Source: a virus (Duplodnaviria > Heunggongvirae > Uroviricota > Caudoviricetes). Taken from it: a stretch of DNA of 64,000 bases. The notes below the pieces were generated by a model. The model did no database searches. It was not told the origin of the DNA and worked only from the letters and a program-made list of their open reading frames with translations. The stretch lies in the IMG/VR virus record IMGVR_UViG_2574180019_000006; one strand, 5' to 3'. The position numbers and the translations under genes were made by a program. Below are positions 8,949 through 17,650 of this stretch, in pieces. The stretch's first letter is position 1; each line of letters opens with the position of its first letter.

Positions 8949-9437
8949 TTATTTAACATCACACTTTCTAAGTTTTTCTATTTGTTCTAATTTTTCATGA
9001 TCATCATTTAGATTTCCTTTGACTATCTCCGTTTCAAGTTTGCTGATTAGCATGTTAAGTGCGTTGTAGTTATTGCATTTTACTTTGTAGGCGTAGTATG
9101 ACCTTGTCCCTGGTTTTTGTACACCCATATCATTAAAGTTAGAGCTTAAAGTATAACCTTCAAGTTCAACCCCTTTTATTGTTGGAAGAATTATATTTAA
9201 TGGTTCTAATTTAAATGGGTAGATATAAATATGTGATATGAAGTACTCTTCTGAAGAGATTTTCTTCATGTCTTTTGTGATTGAAACTGAATATTTACGG
9301 TCCCGAGCGATATAAAATTTTGTACATTTGTACGGCTCTAAGTTGAATAGATAATATCTGTCTTTAAAAAGAACATCTTTTCCATGTGATATTTTATGTC
9401 GTAAAGAGTTAATTATTTTGTTTATAGAAATACTCAT
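8949..9437 (-). CDS. hypothetical protein (162 aa)
   Basis: ORF, AT-rich. Confidence 0.5.
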   Translation of the reverse strand: MSISINKIINSLRHKISHGKDVLFKDRYYLFNLEPYKCTKFYIARDRKYSVSITKDMKKISSEEYFISHIYIYPFKLEPLNIILPTIKGVELEGYTLSSNFNDMGVQKPGTRSYYAYKVKCNNYNALNMLISKLETEIVKGNLNDDHEKLEQIEKLRKCDVK

Positions 9438-9582
9438 CTACAGTATCCGACCTTAGTTATCAATTGAAAAGCCTACAAATATCGTTCAGCCAATCAAGAA
9501 ATTTTTTCAGCCGGAGGTATGTACTTCAAAAAATGTGATGAATGTCACATGCAGGTGCTCTCATACACCTGCATGTAGACTA

Positions 9583-10149
9583 TTAATCATTCAATAATCT
9601 ATATTTTCTTTTGATTAAATCTTCACCTTTTTTGGTGAACACAAAACCAAATTGCGATTTTTTGTTCAGCCTAAGGACTCTGTTATCCAACGCATCGGTT
9701 GATGGAATCAATGTTTGATCATCTATCCAATTAAGTAGCGTAAGAAAGTTCAGCAGCCTCAACGTTGTTGTGCGAAGCTCTTTCGATATATTTTCAATGC
9801 TGGCAATTCGTCTTTCTTTTTTCTCAGGTGGTACAGATAATTGTTCTTGAGGTTTCGTGGGTAGATAATCAATTTCGTTTGCTGAATCGAATGATATGTG
9901 TGGCGTAATTTTGCTAAAAAAGCCTTTCGCTGACTCACTTGATAATAAACCAGACCTATTCATATCGTTTGTTATTCTGTACAGGAGTGGACTGTGTTTC
10001 ATTTCAGGATAACGTTGATAAAAGTTAAGCAATTCAAAAGCAGCATTAGCACCAACAAGAAAATCAGAAGGATCGCTGACTTTCCAGAAAGAATGATTTT
10101 TCTTAGCGCCAGTGGTGTCAACAAATGATAATTCTTTTAACCAACTCAT
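9583..10149 (-). CDS. hypothetical protein
   Basis: ATG at 10149 with AAAGGAG RBS; the RBS is flanked by an 11-bp perfect inverted repeat. Confidence 0.5.
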   Translation of the reverse strand: MSWLKELSFVDTTGAKKNHSFWKVSDPSDFLVGANAAFELLNFYQRYPEMKHSPLLYRITNDMNRSGLLSSESAKGFFSKITPHISFDSANEIDYLPTKPQEQLSVPPEKKERRIASIENISKELRTTTLRLLNFLTLLNWIDDQTLIPSTDALDNRVLRLNKKSQFGFVFTKKGEDLIKRKYRLLND

Positions 10150-10214
10150 GATGTGCTCCTTTCTAACAAGTGAGCACATCATAGAATTAGTAGATAGGGG
10201 GTAAATATGAAATG

Positions 10215-10493
10215 TTACGGCAACCTGCTCAGTATTTCCTCTAGATCTTTTTTTGTCATATTGGAGTTCTCATAGATGCGCATGATTTTCTCACGCGTCT
10301 TAGCGGAAACCCCAACGGCAGATGTGACTTTGTCAAATTCAGCCATAGTCATCGTCTCCAGAATGGCATTGATAACTTCAGCCTTAGACATCTTGATTTT
10401 TTTCTCTTTGAGTTTTATTTGAAATTTTCCAAGTTTTTCATTGGCCTTATCAGACAATGCCACTTGGCAATAAGTTGTTTTCTTTTCGCTCAT
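10215..10493 (-). CDS. hypothetical small protein (92 aa)
   Basis: ORF immediately upstream of, and co-oriented with, the helicase. Confidence 0.5.
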   Translation of the reverse strand: MSEKKTTYCQVALSDKANEKLGKFQIKLKEKKIKMSKAEVINAILETMTMAEFDKVTSAVGVSAKTREKIMRIYENSNMTKKDLEEILSRLP

Positions 10494-10495
10494 AA

Positions 10496-12055
10496 CTAAT
10501 CTCGTTTCAGAACTCCAAAATCGAATGCGCCATCAACAGGCAATACACCTTCTGCAAAGCCAGGTGTGGTGTCGATGATGTGTTTTCGCTCATAAGAGTG
10601 AGACAACAGGTATTTGTTGCTAATGTCAATGAAATCAGTGATAAAACACACGTTTGCCTGATTCTTCTTGGCTCGTAAGCCACGACCGACACGTTGTCTC
10701 ATTTCAACTTCTGCTTTCCCACCACCAGCAAGAATGACCGCACCAACGCTTGGCACATCAACACCGACATCCAGAATAGTCGAGCCTATTAAAACATCTA
10801 TGTCGCCAGACGCTAAACTGTTCAGCTTTGCTTGCCTTGTCGACTGGTTCGATTCCCCATAAATGAAGTCAACTCTAAGGCCGGACTCTTTCATCATTTC
10901 CATCAGGATTTGCCCGTGGCGTTTAAGACGAACCAGAGTCATACAATTGAGAGAATGTTGCTTATAGAGCAATGCTTCGCGAACAATGGCCTCATTACGT
11001 CCCAAATTATACACGATCCCCAACTGATAAGCCTTTTGGTAGGCAGTGCTCATACCTACTCTAAAATTGAGGTGTTTGTTGGCAAGTTCTGCCTTGATTC
11101 TGGTCTCGTCCGGCTTGTAGGCAACTTTATGATAAAGGAAGTATGGCTTTGCCAGAATGCCTCTATCAATCAGGTACTTTTCCGTGACTTTTATTTCAAT
11201 TCGCCCGGCCACTGCCATCAGACGCATGTTGGCTTCCGTAGAATCCTTCATGAACGGCGTTGCCGTAAGCGCCAGGCGATAGTCTGCGTTCGCACATAAT
11301 CTGGCAATGTCATAGAAATTAGAGCCTGAAGACTCATGCGCCTCTTCCAGAATAAGAAGAGAGACACTTGAAAGGAAGCGTTTCACCAAGTCCCGACGTT
11401 TGAGGTGGTAGCTCTTCTTATCTGGAGTTGCATCGCGTGGTGGTTCTTCAAGGAAACTTGCCAGAGTTTGAACTGTAGCGACGTTGATATGTCGTGATAC
11501 CTGGAACTCACCCGAGCCAATGACTCCAACCTTTTGGTCTTTTAACCACGGTTCGCCATTTTCGGCGCGGTAGTCGATGGATCTCTGGAAGTTTTCGGCC
11601 ATCTGAAACATCAGAACAGAGCGGGTTGTTAAAAATAATGTCATTCGACCGATACGTGCAGCTGCTTTGCAGGCAACATTAGATTTCCCGCCACCAGTAG
11701 CGATCTGCGCAATCATCATTCCCTCTCGAACCAGTGTTTCCACAGTCTGATCCTGATATGCATAATCAGGATTGTATGGGAATGGGTTGACCGCCGGATT
11801 TGGCTTTCCAAGCGCCGGAGCTTTGTCTTTGCGGATATGAACACATTTGATGCCCGCCTTGTTCAAGTTCGCCGCTACAGGCTTGGCAAAGCCAGCAGGG
11901 AACGAGTTTTTACTCCAGTTGAACATCGTGCTTGTGCCCTTCCAGTCGCCAGTCTCGACTTCGTAGCTCAACATCTGTTGCACCAGTTGCTTTACCTTGT
12001 CATCTGCGCCAGAAATAAGTGCATTTACTGCGTTAGATACAATCCGAACAGTCAT
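10496..12055 (-). CDS. superfamily 2 (DEAD/DEAH-type) helicase
   Basis: Walker A ATGGGKS, motif II LILEEAHE, motif VI QRVGRGLR. Confidence 0.8.
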   Translation of the reverse strand: MTVRIVSNAVNALISGADDKVKQLVQQMLSYEVETGDWKGTSTMFNWSKNSFPAGFAKPVAANLNKAGIKCVHIRKDKAPALGKPNPAVNPFPYNPDYAYQDQTVETLVREGMMIAQIATGGGKSNVACKAAARIGRMTLFLTTRSVLMFQMAENFQRSIDYRAENGEPWLKDQKVGVIGSGEFQVSRHINVATVQTLASFLEEPPRDATPDKKSYHLKRRDLVKRFLSSVSLLILEEAHESSGSNFYDIARLCANADYRLALTATPFMKDSTEANMRLMAVAGRIEIKVTEKYLIDRGILAKPYFLYHKVAYKPDETRIKAELANKHLNFRVGMSTAYQKAYQLGIVYNLGRNEAIVREALLYKQHSLNCMTLVRLKRHGQILMEMMKESGLRVDFIYGESNQSTRQAKLNSLASGDIDVLIGSTILDVGVDVPSVGAVILAGGGKAEVEMRQRVGRGLRAKKNQANVCFITDFIDISNKYLLSHSYERKHIIDTTPGFAEGVLPVDGAFDFGVLKRD

Positions 12056-12101
12056 AAACCTCTTTCCTTAGTGCCTTTTGTATGTTATTTGGCTATTATA
12101 A

Positions 12102-12119
12102 TAAGTAAGTGATTACTTA
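12102..12119. promoter_or_regulatory. palindrome TAAGTA-agtgat-TACTTA in a divergent promoter region
   Basis: Sits between the helicase (minus) and ParB-like gene (plus) starts. Confidence 0.45.
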
Positions 12120-12818
12120 ATGGATTGTAGCAATAAAATGGATGTAAAAATCACGATTTTGCAGGTTGATGTTGCCAACCTTCGCCCGAATACCTGGAAC
12201 ACCAATTCGGTTGGTGCGCAGAATTTTGAAAAACTGAAAGGTTCTATCGAAAAATTGGGCTTTTTTAAGCCAATTTTGGCTCGTGAACTTGAAGATGGAT
12301 TTTTTGAAATCCTCGGCGGCGAACATCGCTGGCGTGCCGCTATTGAGCAAGGAATTTCAACGGTTCCGGTGCTTTCTGTGGGCAAAATTAGCGATGTCGT
12401 AGCTAAACAGATGTCACTGGTGGACAACGAGCGATACGGTGAAGACGACCAAATCGCATTGCAACGCTTCATTGAAGAAATTCAGTCAGAGCTTGACTAT
12501 CAACTGTCTGAAATCGCCCCGTATGACGACGAAATCTCGATGGTTTTAGCAAAAGAGGCGGCAATCGACCTTGAAGCACTGGAGGCGTTGTCTCGTGGTA
12601 GTGATGAGCCTGTCGATACCGACAAACGAGAGAAAACCGAACGTGTGGGTGCGGAACATCAGACCATGCGCTTCAAAGTAACTTTCGATGCGTCAGATCG
12701 TGTTGCAGAAACCATAAAAAACATCATCAAAGAGCAGGCTATTAACACCGGTAATGAAATGGAGAACGCTGGTGAGGCTCTGGTGTGGCTGGTTGACTAC
12801 TACAAGGAGCGTATGTAA
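12120..12818 (+). CDS. ParB N-terminal-domain protein
   Basis: ILGGEHRWRAAIEQGISTVPV resembles the ParB/Srx arginine-rich box; start uncertain (12120 or 12138). Confidence 0.65.
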   Translation: MDCSNKMDVKITILQVDVANLRPNTWNTNSVGAQNFEKLKGSIEKLGFFKPILARELEDGFFEILGGEHRWRAAIEQGISTVPVLSVGKISDVVAKQMSLVDNERYGEDDQIALQRFIEEIQSELDYQLSEIAPYDDEISMVLAKEAAIDLEALEALSRGSDEPVDTDKREKTERVGAEHQTMRFKVTFDASDRVAETIKNIIKEQAINTGNEMENAGEALVWLVDYYKERM

Positions 12819-13486
12819 TGACCAAAAAGTTTGAAATCGTATATCGCGACCCGGCAGATCTTATTCCCTATGAGATGAATGCCAAAAAGCATGATGAACA
12901 GCAGATCCGAGATCTAGCCGCAGCCATTAAAAAGCGCGGATTTGACCAGCCAATTACGGTCGATAAGAACGACGTAATTATTACTGGCCACGGCCGCCGT
13001 GAGGCTGCAATTTTTGCTGGACTTGAGCGCGTACCGGTTATTGTTCGCGATGATCTCAGTGATGACGAGGTTCGTGCGAAGCGCCTTGAAGATAACCGAC
13101 TTGCCAGCATTGATTACGATGCAATTAAGCTACAGAAAGAGCTTGAGTCGCTTGTTCTGGACGATATCGAGGTTTTCGGCTTTGAAGAGCGTGAGTTGAA
13201 TGTTCTCGTTGGCAGTATGACAGAAGAAATGGACACCGACTCGCTAGTTATCGATCTTGGCGAAGAAACTAAACGACAGAAGGATGAACACACCGAGATC
13301 AGTCGTGAAGTTGCAGCGGAAGAAGTACGTGTTGTCGACGTATTGGGCTTTAAAACGCTCCCTGCTGGCTCTGCCATTGTTGTTGGTGATTTGCTTGCCC
13401 ACATGGAAGAAATGACGGGAGAAAGCGGGGTAGACGCATTTGTGGCATATGCGGAGAAGATCTCTTCCGGGGAGATGGCTGCATGA
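12818..13486 (+). CDS. ParB N-terminal-domain protein (second copy)
   Basis: ITGHGRREAAIFAGLERVPV; start overlaps the upstream stop. Confidence 0.65.
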   Translation: MTKKFEIVYRDPADLIPYEMNAKKHDEQQIRDLAAAIKKRGFDQPITVDKNDVIITGHGRREAAIFAGLERVPVIVRDDLSDDEVRAKRLEDNRLASIDYDAIKLQKELESLVLDDIEVFGFEERELNVLVGSMTEEMDTDSLVIDLGEETKRQKDEHTEISREVAAEEVRVVDVLGFKTLPAGSAIVVGDLLAHMEEMTGESGVDAFVAYAEKISSGEMAA

Positions 13487-14121
13487 GCAAATACATCATC
13501 AACGTATCGTTTCAGACACGCGTAAATAAAACCACGCGCACGTTGGAAATCGCTGAGTCGTTCGGGCTTGGCCTGGACGAAAAAGAGTGGACGCTTTACG
13601 ACAATCTGGAGCTGGAAGTGAAGCAGGGCGATGTGGTGTACATTACCGGCCAATCCGGTTCCGGCAAATCCGTTGTGCTGCGCGAGCTGCAACACCAGAT
13701 GAAGGATGAAGGGCTATCTGTGGCCTCCATCGATGATTTTACCTTCGATAATGAGGTTAACGTCATTGACCAACTGGGCAAAACTACCAGTGATGCGCTT
13801 GGGTTGTTATCTATGGCTGGTCTGAACGATGCATATCTGTTTGTTCGCAAGCCTTCTGAAATGTCAGACGGTCAGAAATATCGTCTCAAGATTGCCAAAC
13901 TGATTGAGTCAGGCGCTAAAGTGTGGGCTGCTGACGAGTTCGGCGCTGTTCTCGACCGTGTAACCGCTCAGGTTGTGGCATCTAACCTCCAGCGTGCCGC
14001 TCGAAAGGTTGGTGCGACGGTAATGGTGGCGACGACTCACGAAGACCTGAAGAACGCGCTGCGCCCGGATATGCAGATCACCAAGCACTACAAAGAACGC
14101 GTGAAGGTGGAATATGCCTGA
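13483..14121 (+). CDS. small ABC-type ATPase
   Basis: Walker A GQSGSGKSV, signature-like SDGQKYRL, Walker B VWAADEF. Confidence 0.7.
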   Translation: MSKYIINVSFQTRVNKTTRTLEIAESFGLGLDEKEWTLYDNLELEVKQGDVVYITGQSGSGKSVVLRELQHQMKDEGLSVASIDDFTFDNEVNVIDQLGKTTSDALGLLSMAGLNDAYLFVRKPSEMSDGQKYRLKIAKLIESGAKVWAADEFGAVLDRVTAQVVASNLQRAARKVGATVMVATTHEDLKNALRPDMQITKHYKERVKVEYA

Positions 14122-14368
14122 TTTGAAGATCGTAGAGCTGAAGCCATCGAAAGAGACTGATAACAACAACGTGGAAGTCATCCGCCTGCTGGAAGAAGCA
14201 CTTCAGCACGCCAGAGAAGGAAAAAGCCAGAGCCTGGCGCTGTTGATGATCAACAACGACGGCAGTGTTCTTGATTGCTGGCATAACGGCGGGCGCCCGT
14301 ATGTCATGGTAGGGGCGATGGAGTCTCTTCGCCTGGATTTCATCAATGCCAATATCGAGCGCAGGTGA
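14114..14368 (+). CDS. hypothetical protein (84 aa)
   Basis: Start overlaps upstream stop (translational coupling). Confidence 0.5.
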   Translation: MPDLKIVELKPSKETDNNNVEVIRLLEEALQHAREGKSQSLALLMINNDGSVLDCWHNGGRPYVMVGAMESLRLDFINANIERR

Positions 14369-15264
14369 TCGAGATGGCAGATATCATCATCAAACGCTAC
14401 CGCCCTGAAGAGTTTCCGCGTCATCTGGACTTTCTGGAGCGAATGACTGTCACAAAGGGAACTGTAGAGGACTGGCACGCTCTTAAATCGCTTCACTACA
14501 AAACAGACGGCAAACCTTTCGCGCCAACATACTATCGCTGCGAACTGGATGACCGTCTGGTGGGCGTCGTGGTTATGGCTTACCCGAAACTTCTGCTGGC
14601 ACCTCGCCATCGCATGTTTCCTAAGTTGAAACCAACTACCAATACCACCGTGGCTAACCAGTACTGGGGCCGGTACGTGAATAACAACTTTGCGGTGATC
14701 AGCCGCTCAGTTGTGGATACTCAGTACCGTGGCGTAGGCGTCTCTTATCGAATGATTAACCTGGTTAGCAGGATGCATGACCGGCCAATCATTGAGATCC
14801 AGTCATCGATGAGCAAATACAATCCCTTCGCCATGAAAGCAGGGTTTAAGTTCATCCGCCCTGAGCGACCGAAGAGCTATGAAAGTGCACTGCGTGTGTT
14901 CCAGCGCCATTTCCGCTCCGACCCGGGTGATAACGAGGCGATCGTCAAAGAGTTGTTCGCTATGAGCGAGTCTCGTCGTCGCCGTGCACTGCGTGATCTG
15001 GTGGCGGACTACCACAAGAACAGTTCCCTGGCAAAAGCTGGGCGGAATCGTGGCACGACGATTCAGGACATTGCCGACAGTCTGGTGGACGAGGCCAGCA
15101 TTGTGAAGCTGCTCAAGGACATTCACAACCTGAGCTTTACGTCTCCGTTGTATGGTGTGTATCGAAACCCTGACTTTGGTCGTCGACTGCCTGACACGCT
15201 GCCACTGCTGGCATTCGACAAACAACCTTTGGATAAACCGTTAGAAATTGCTTTACCGGCATAA
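14365..15264 (+). CDS. hypothetical protein, possibly GNAT-fold acyltransferase
   Basis: YRGVGVS fits the R/Q-x-x-G-x-G/A acyl-CoA motif; assignment is weak. Confidence 0.4.
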   Translation: MIEMADIIIKRYRPEEFPRHLDFLERMTVTKGTVEDWHALKSLHYKTDGKPFAPTYYRCELDDRLVGVVVMAYPKLLLAPRHRMFPKLKPTTNTTVANQYWGRYVNNNFAVISRSVVDTQYRGVGVSYRMINLVSRMHDRPIIEIQSSMSKYNPFAMKAGFKFIRPERPKSYESALRVFQRHFRSDPGDNEAIVKELFAMSESRRRRALRDLVADYHKNSSLAKAGRNRGTTIQDIADSLVDEASIVKLLKDIHNLSFTSPLYGVYRNPDFGRRLPDTLPLLAFDKQPLDKPLEIALPA

Positions 15265-15273
15265 GGATTTGCC

Positions 15274-15540
15274 ATGACGTTAACCGATAAACAAAAGGAC
15301 ATCATCAAAACGCTCAATCTCGGTTATGAGCGAGGTCATCTACTTGACCTGGACGAATTGCTTGAAGTTTTGCCGTACAAGACAACCAAGCAAAGTATCC
15401 AGTTCTCAATTCGCGCTCTGATAAAAAAGGGGCTGGTGGAGAAAGGGCATACGCGCCAACGCAGTGACAATCGCTATCACCGCCGAACTCTTGGGTTAAC
15501 TACTTTAGGTCGAGCCAAAGCGAAGTTACTGGTGATGTAA
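15274..15540 (+). CDS. small basic protein, possibly winged-helix DNA-binding
   Basis: 88 aa with a helix-turn-like segment (QSIQFSIRALIKKGLVEK) and basic C-terminus. Confidence 0.4.
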   Translation: MTLTDKQKDIIKTLNLGYERGHLLDLDELLEVLPYKTTKQSIQFSIRALIKKGLVEKGHTRQRSDNRYHRRTLGLTTLGRAKAKLLVM

Positions 15541-15564
15541 TCGGTCTGGGAGCTTATTTAAAGA

Positions 15565-15619
15565 CCTGTTTCTGTATATATAAATAATAAGTAACTTATT
15601 AAATATATACGGAAGCAGG
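15565..15619. repeat. 55-bp element, copy 1 (exact duplicate at 51287-51341), containing near-palindrome ATAAGT-A-ACTTAT
   Basis: cctgtttctgtatatataaataataagtaacttattaaatatatacggaagcagg occurs identically at both loci. Confidence 0.7.
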
Positions 15620-15681
15620 CTTCGTAAGACATGCCAGACCTAATTAAACACCCCAGAAAACAAGTTGGTTAGCAGATGCAG

Positions 15682-15697
15682 TAAACAAGTTGTTTTA
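15682..15697. promoter_or_regulatory. AAACAA-G-TTGTTT palindrome upstream of terminase small subunit
   Basis: taaacaagttgtttta, 39 nt ahead of the 15736 ATG. Confidence 0.45.
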
Positions 15698-15735
15698 GAG
15701 CGCATGGACGCGCTCTGTGTGTTTTAGAGGGATCT

Positions 15736-16368
15736 ATGACGGTCGAAAAAGACGAGGTAAAAACTCGCCTGACACCAGCGGAGTGGGCCGAAGCTGAAGC
15801 CAAATGGACGTCAGGCGAATATACACTCTCAAAGCTGGAGGAAGAGTACGGCATTCGTCGTGAAACACTCTCCAGACATTTCAAAAAGCGAGGATTAGAG
15901 AAAGGCGCGGACTCTGTTGGGAAGATGGTTCGTGAGTCTCTTAAATCTGACGCAGAGCTTCGCGCTAAAGCCCGTGCGGAAAAGATAGAAGAACGTCGTA
16001 CACGTTATGACGGCTGGGCGTATGCGTTGGGGCAGATGGTGATGGTCGAAGTCACTACGGCCAAACGTGAGGGTAAGCCTTTAGGGGCGATTGAGGATTC
16101 TCTCAAGAGCTTACAGAGAGCCAGTAATACCCTTGCAAAATGCTTTGAAGTTTCGTCCAAAGCATTGGGCATGGATCATGCGGAAAATGACGAGGAAGAA
16201 ATTCCGAACCTGGTATTTGGTGAGCTTACGCCTTCCCAGGTGGCGAAATTACGTCAGGAAGACGACGAGCCTGAAATCATCGATGACGAATTGCTTGAGA
16301 CGTTGGAAGAAGAAGCTCTAAGCGAATTTGATGCGACAGATGATGGAAGTGAAGGGGAGGACGAATAA
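15736..16368 (+). CDS. terS: terminase small subunit (putative)
   Basis: Directly upstream of the large subunit; N-terminal HTH-like segment and acidic C-terminus. Confidence 0.6.
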   Translation: MTVEKDEVKTRLTPAEWAEAEAKWTSGEYTLSKLEEEYGIRRETLSRHFKKRGLEKGADSVGKMVRESLKSDAELRAKARAEKIEERRTRYDGWAYALGQMVMVEVTTAKREGKPLGAIEDSLKSLQRASNTLAKCFEVSSKALGMDHAENDEEEIPNLVFGELTPSQVAKLRQEDDEPEIIDDELLETLEEEALSEFDATDDGSEGEDE

Positions 16369-17624
16369 TGGCAATCCCGTCCTCGCTCAGTCTTGTGCAA
16401 CTGCATTCTGGACAGATGAAAGTCTTCCAGTCTCCGCATCGATTTAAAGTTGTTTGTGCTGGTCGACGCTGGGGAAAATCCCGGTTGTCGATCTCCACTA
16501 TTATTCGTGCGGCGGCAAAGGAAAAAAAGCAAAGGGTCTGGTATGTCGCTCCTACTTACCAGATGGCTCGCCAGATTTTGTGGGACGATCTACAGGAAGT
16601 TCTGCCTCGTAAGTGGGTTAGGAAAAAGAACGACACCACGATGACAATCGTGTTGAAGAACGGTTCGGAGATCGCCCTCAAAGGTGCTGATAAGCCTGAC
16701 ACTCTGCGCGGCGTAGCGTTGCATTTTGTAGTGCTTGATGAATTTCAGGATATGAAGGCTGACACCTGGTACAAGGTGTTACGACCTACTCTTTCATCGA
16801 CACGCGGCGGTGCACTGATCATTGGTACGCCAAAAGGCTTCTCGGAATTTCACAAACTGTGGACTATAGGCCAGAACGTAGAGCTGCAAAGAAAGGGACA
16901 GTGGAAGAGCTGGCAGTTTGTAACTGCCGATTCTCCGTTTGTGCCTACGGCGGAAATTGAAGCTGCTAAGAACGATATGGACCCCAAATCGTTCGCTCAG
17001 GAGTACCTGGCCAGCTTTGAGAACATGTCCGGGCGCGTTTACTACCCGTTCGATCGTAACGTGCATGTAAAACCGCTTCAGTTCAACCCTCGGTTGCCTA
17101 TATGGGTAGGGCAGGACTTCAACATTGACCCGATGTCTTCAGTAATTTTGCAACCTCAGCCAAATGGTGAGCTATGGGCAATTGATGAATTGGTGCTCTT
17201 TTCCTCTAACACGGCAGAAGTTTGTGATGAGCTTGAGAGACGCTTCTGGCGCTGGAAATCACAGGTAACGGTATTTCCAGATCCGGCAGGTGCTTATCGC
17301 CAACATGCTCGTGGGGAGTCTGACGTAGACATATTCAAAGAGAAGGGATTCTTACGTGTCGATTATTCGAAAAAGCACCCGCCAATTGCGGATCGTGTTA
17401 ATGCTGTTAACCGAATGCTGATGTCCGCATCTGGAGATATCCGGCTGTATATCGATCCGAAGTGCAAGCATTTGATTGATTCACTGGAAAAAGTCATCTA
17501 CAAGCCTGGAACACGAGATATGGATAAGACAGGTGGCATTGAGCATAGTGCAGACGCATTGGGCTATCCAGTACATCGTAGGTATCCAGTCAAAAACCGT
17601 GTTATTCTTGGTGGTTCTCGATAG
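16368..17624 (+). CDS. terL: terminase large subunit
   Basis: Walker A CAGRRWGKS, Walker B HFVVLDEFQDM. Confidence 0.9.
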   Translation: MAIPSSLSLVQLHSGQMKVFQSPHRFKVVCAGRRWGKSRLSISTIIRAAAKEKKQRVWYVAPTYQMARQILWDDLQEVLPRKWVRKKNDTTMTIVLKNGSEIALKGADKPDTLRGVALHFVVLDEFQDMKADTWYKVLRPTLSSTRGGALIIGTPKGFSEFHKLWTIGQNVELQRKGQWKSWQFVTADSPFVPTAEIEAAKNDMDPKSFAQEYLASFENMSGRVYYPFDRNVHVKPLQFNPRLPIWVGQDFNIDPMSSVILQPQPNGELWAIDELVLFSSNTAEVCDELERRFWRWKSQVTVFPDPAGAYRQHARGESDVDIFKEKGFLRVDYSKKHPPIADRVNAVNRMLMSASGDIRLYIDPKCKHLIDSLEKVIYKPGTRDMDKTGGIEHSADALGYPVHRRYPVKNRVILGGSR

Positions 17625-17650
17625 GTAAGTAGTTATCTAAGGTTATTCAA

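Noticed and set aside
15571-15590. LexA (SOS) box in the 55-bp repeat
   Set aside because: Only the CTGT half-site with an (AT)n spacer is present; the ACAG half is missing.
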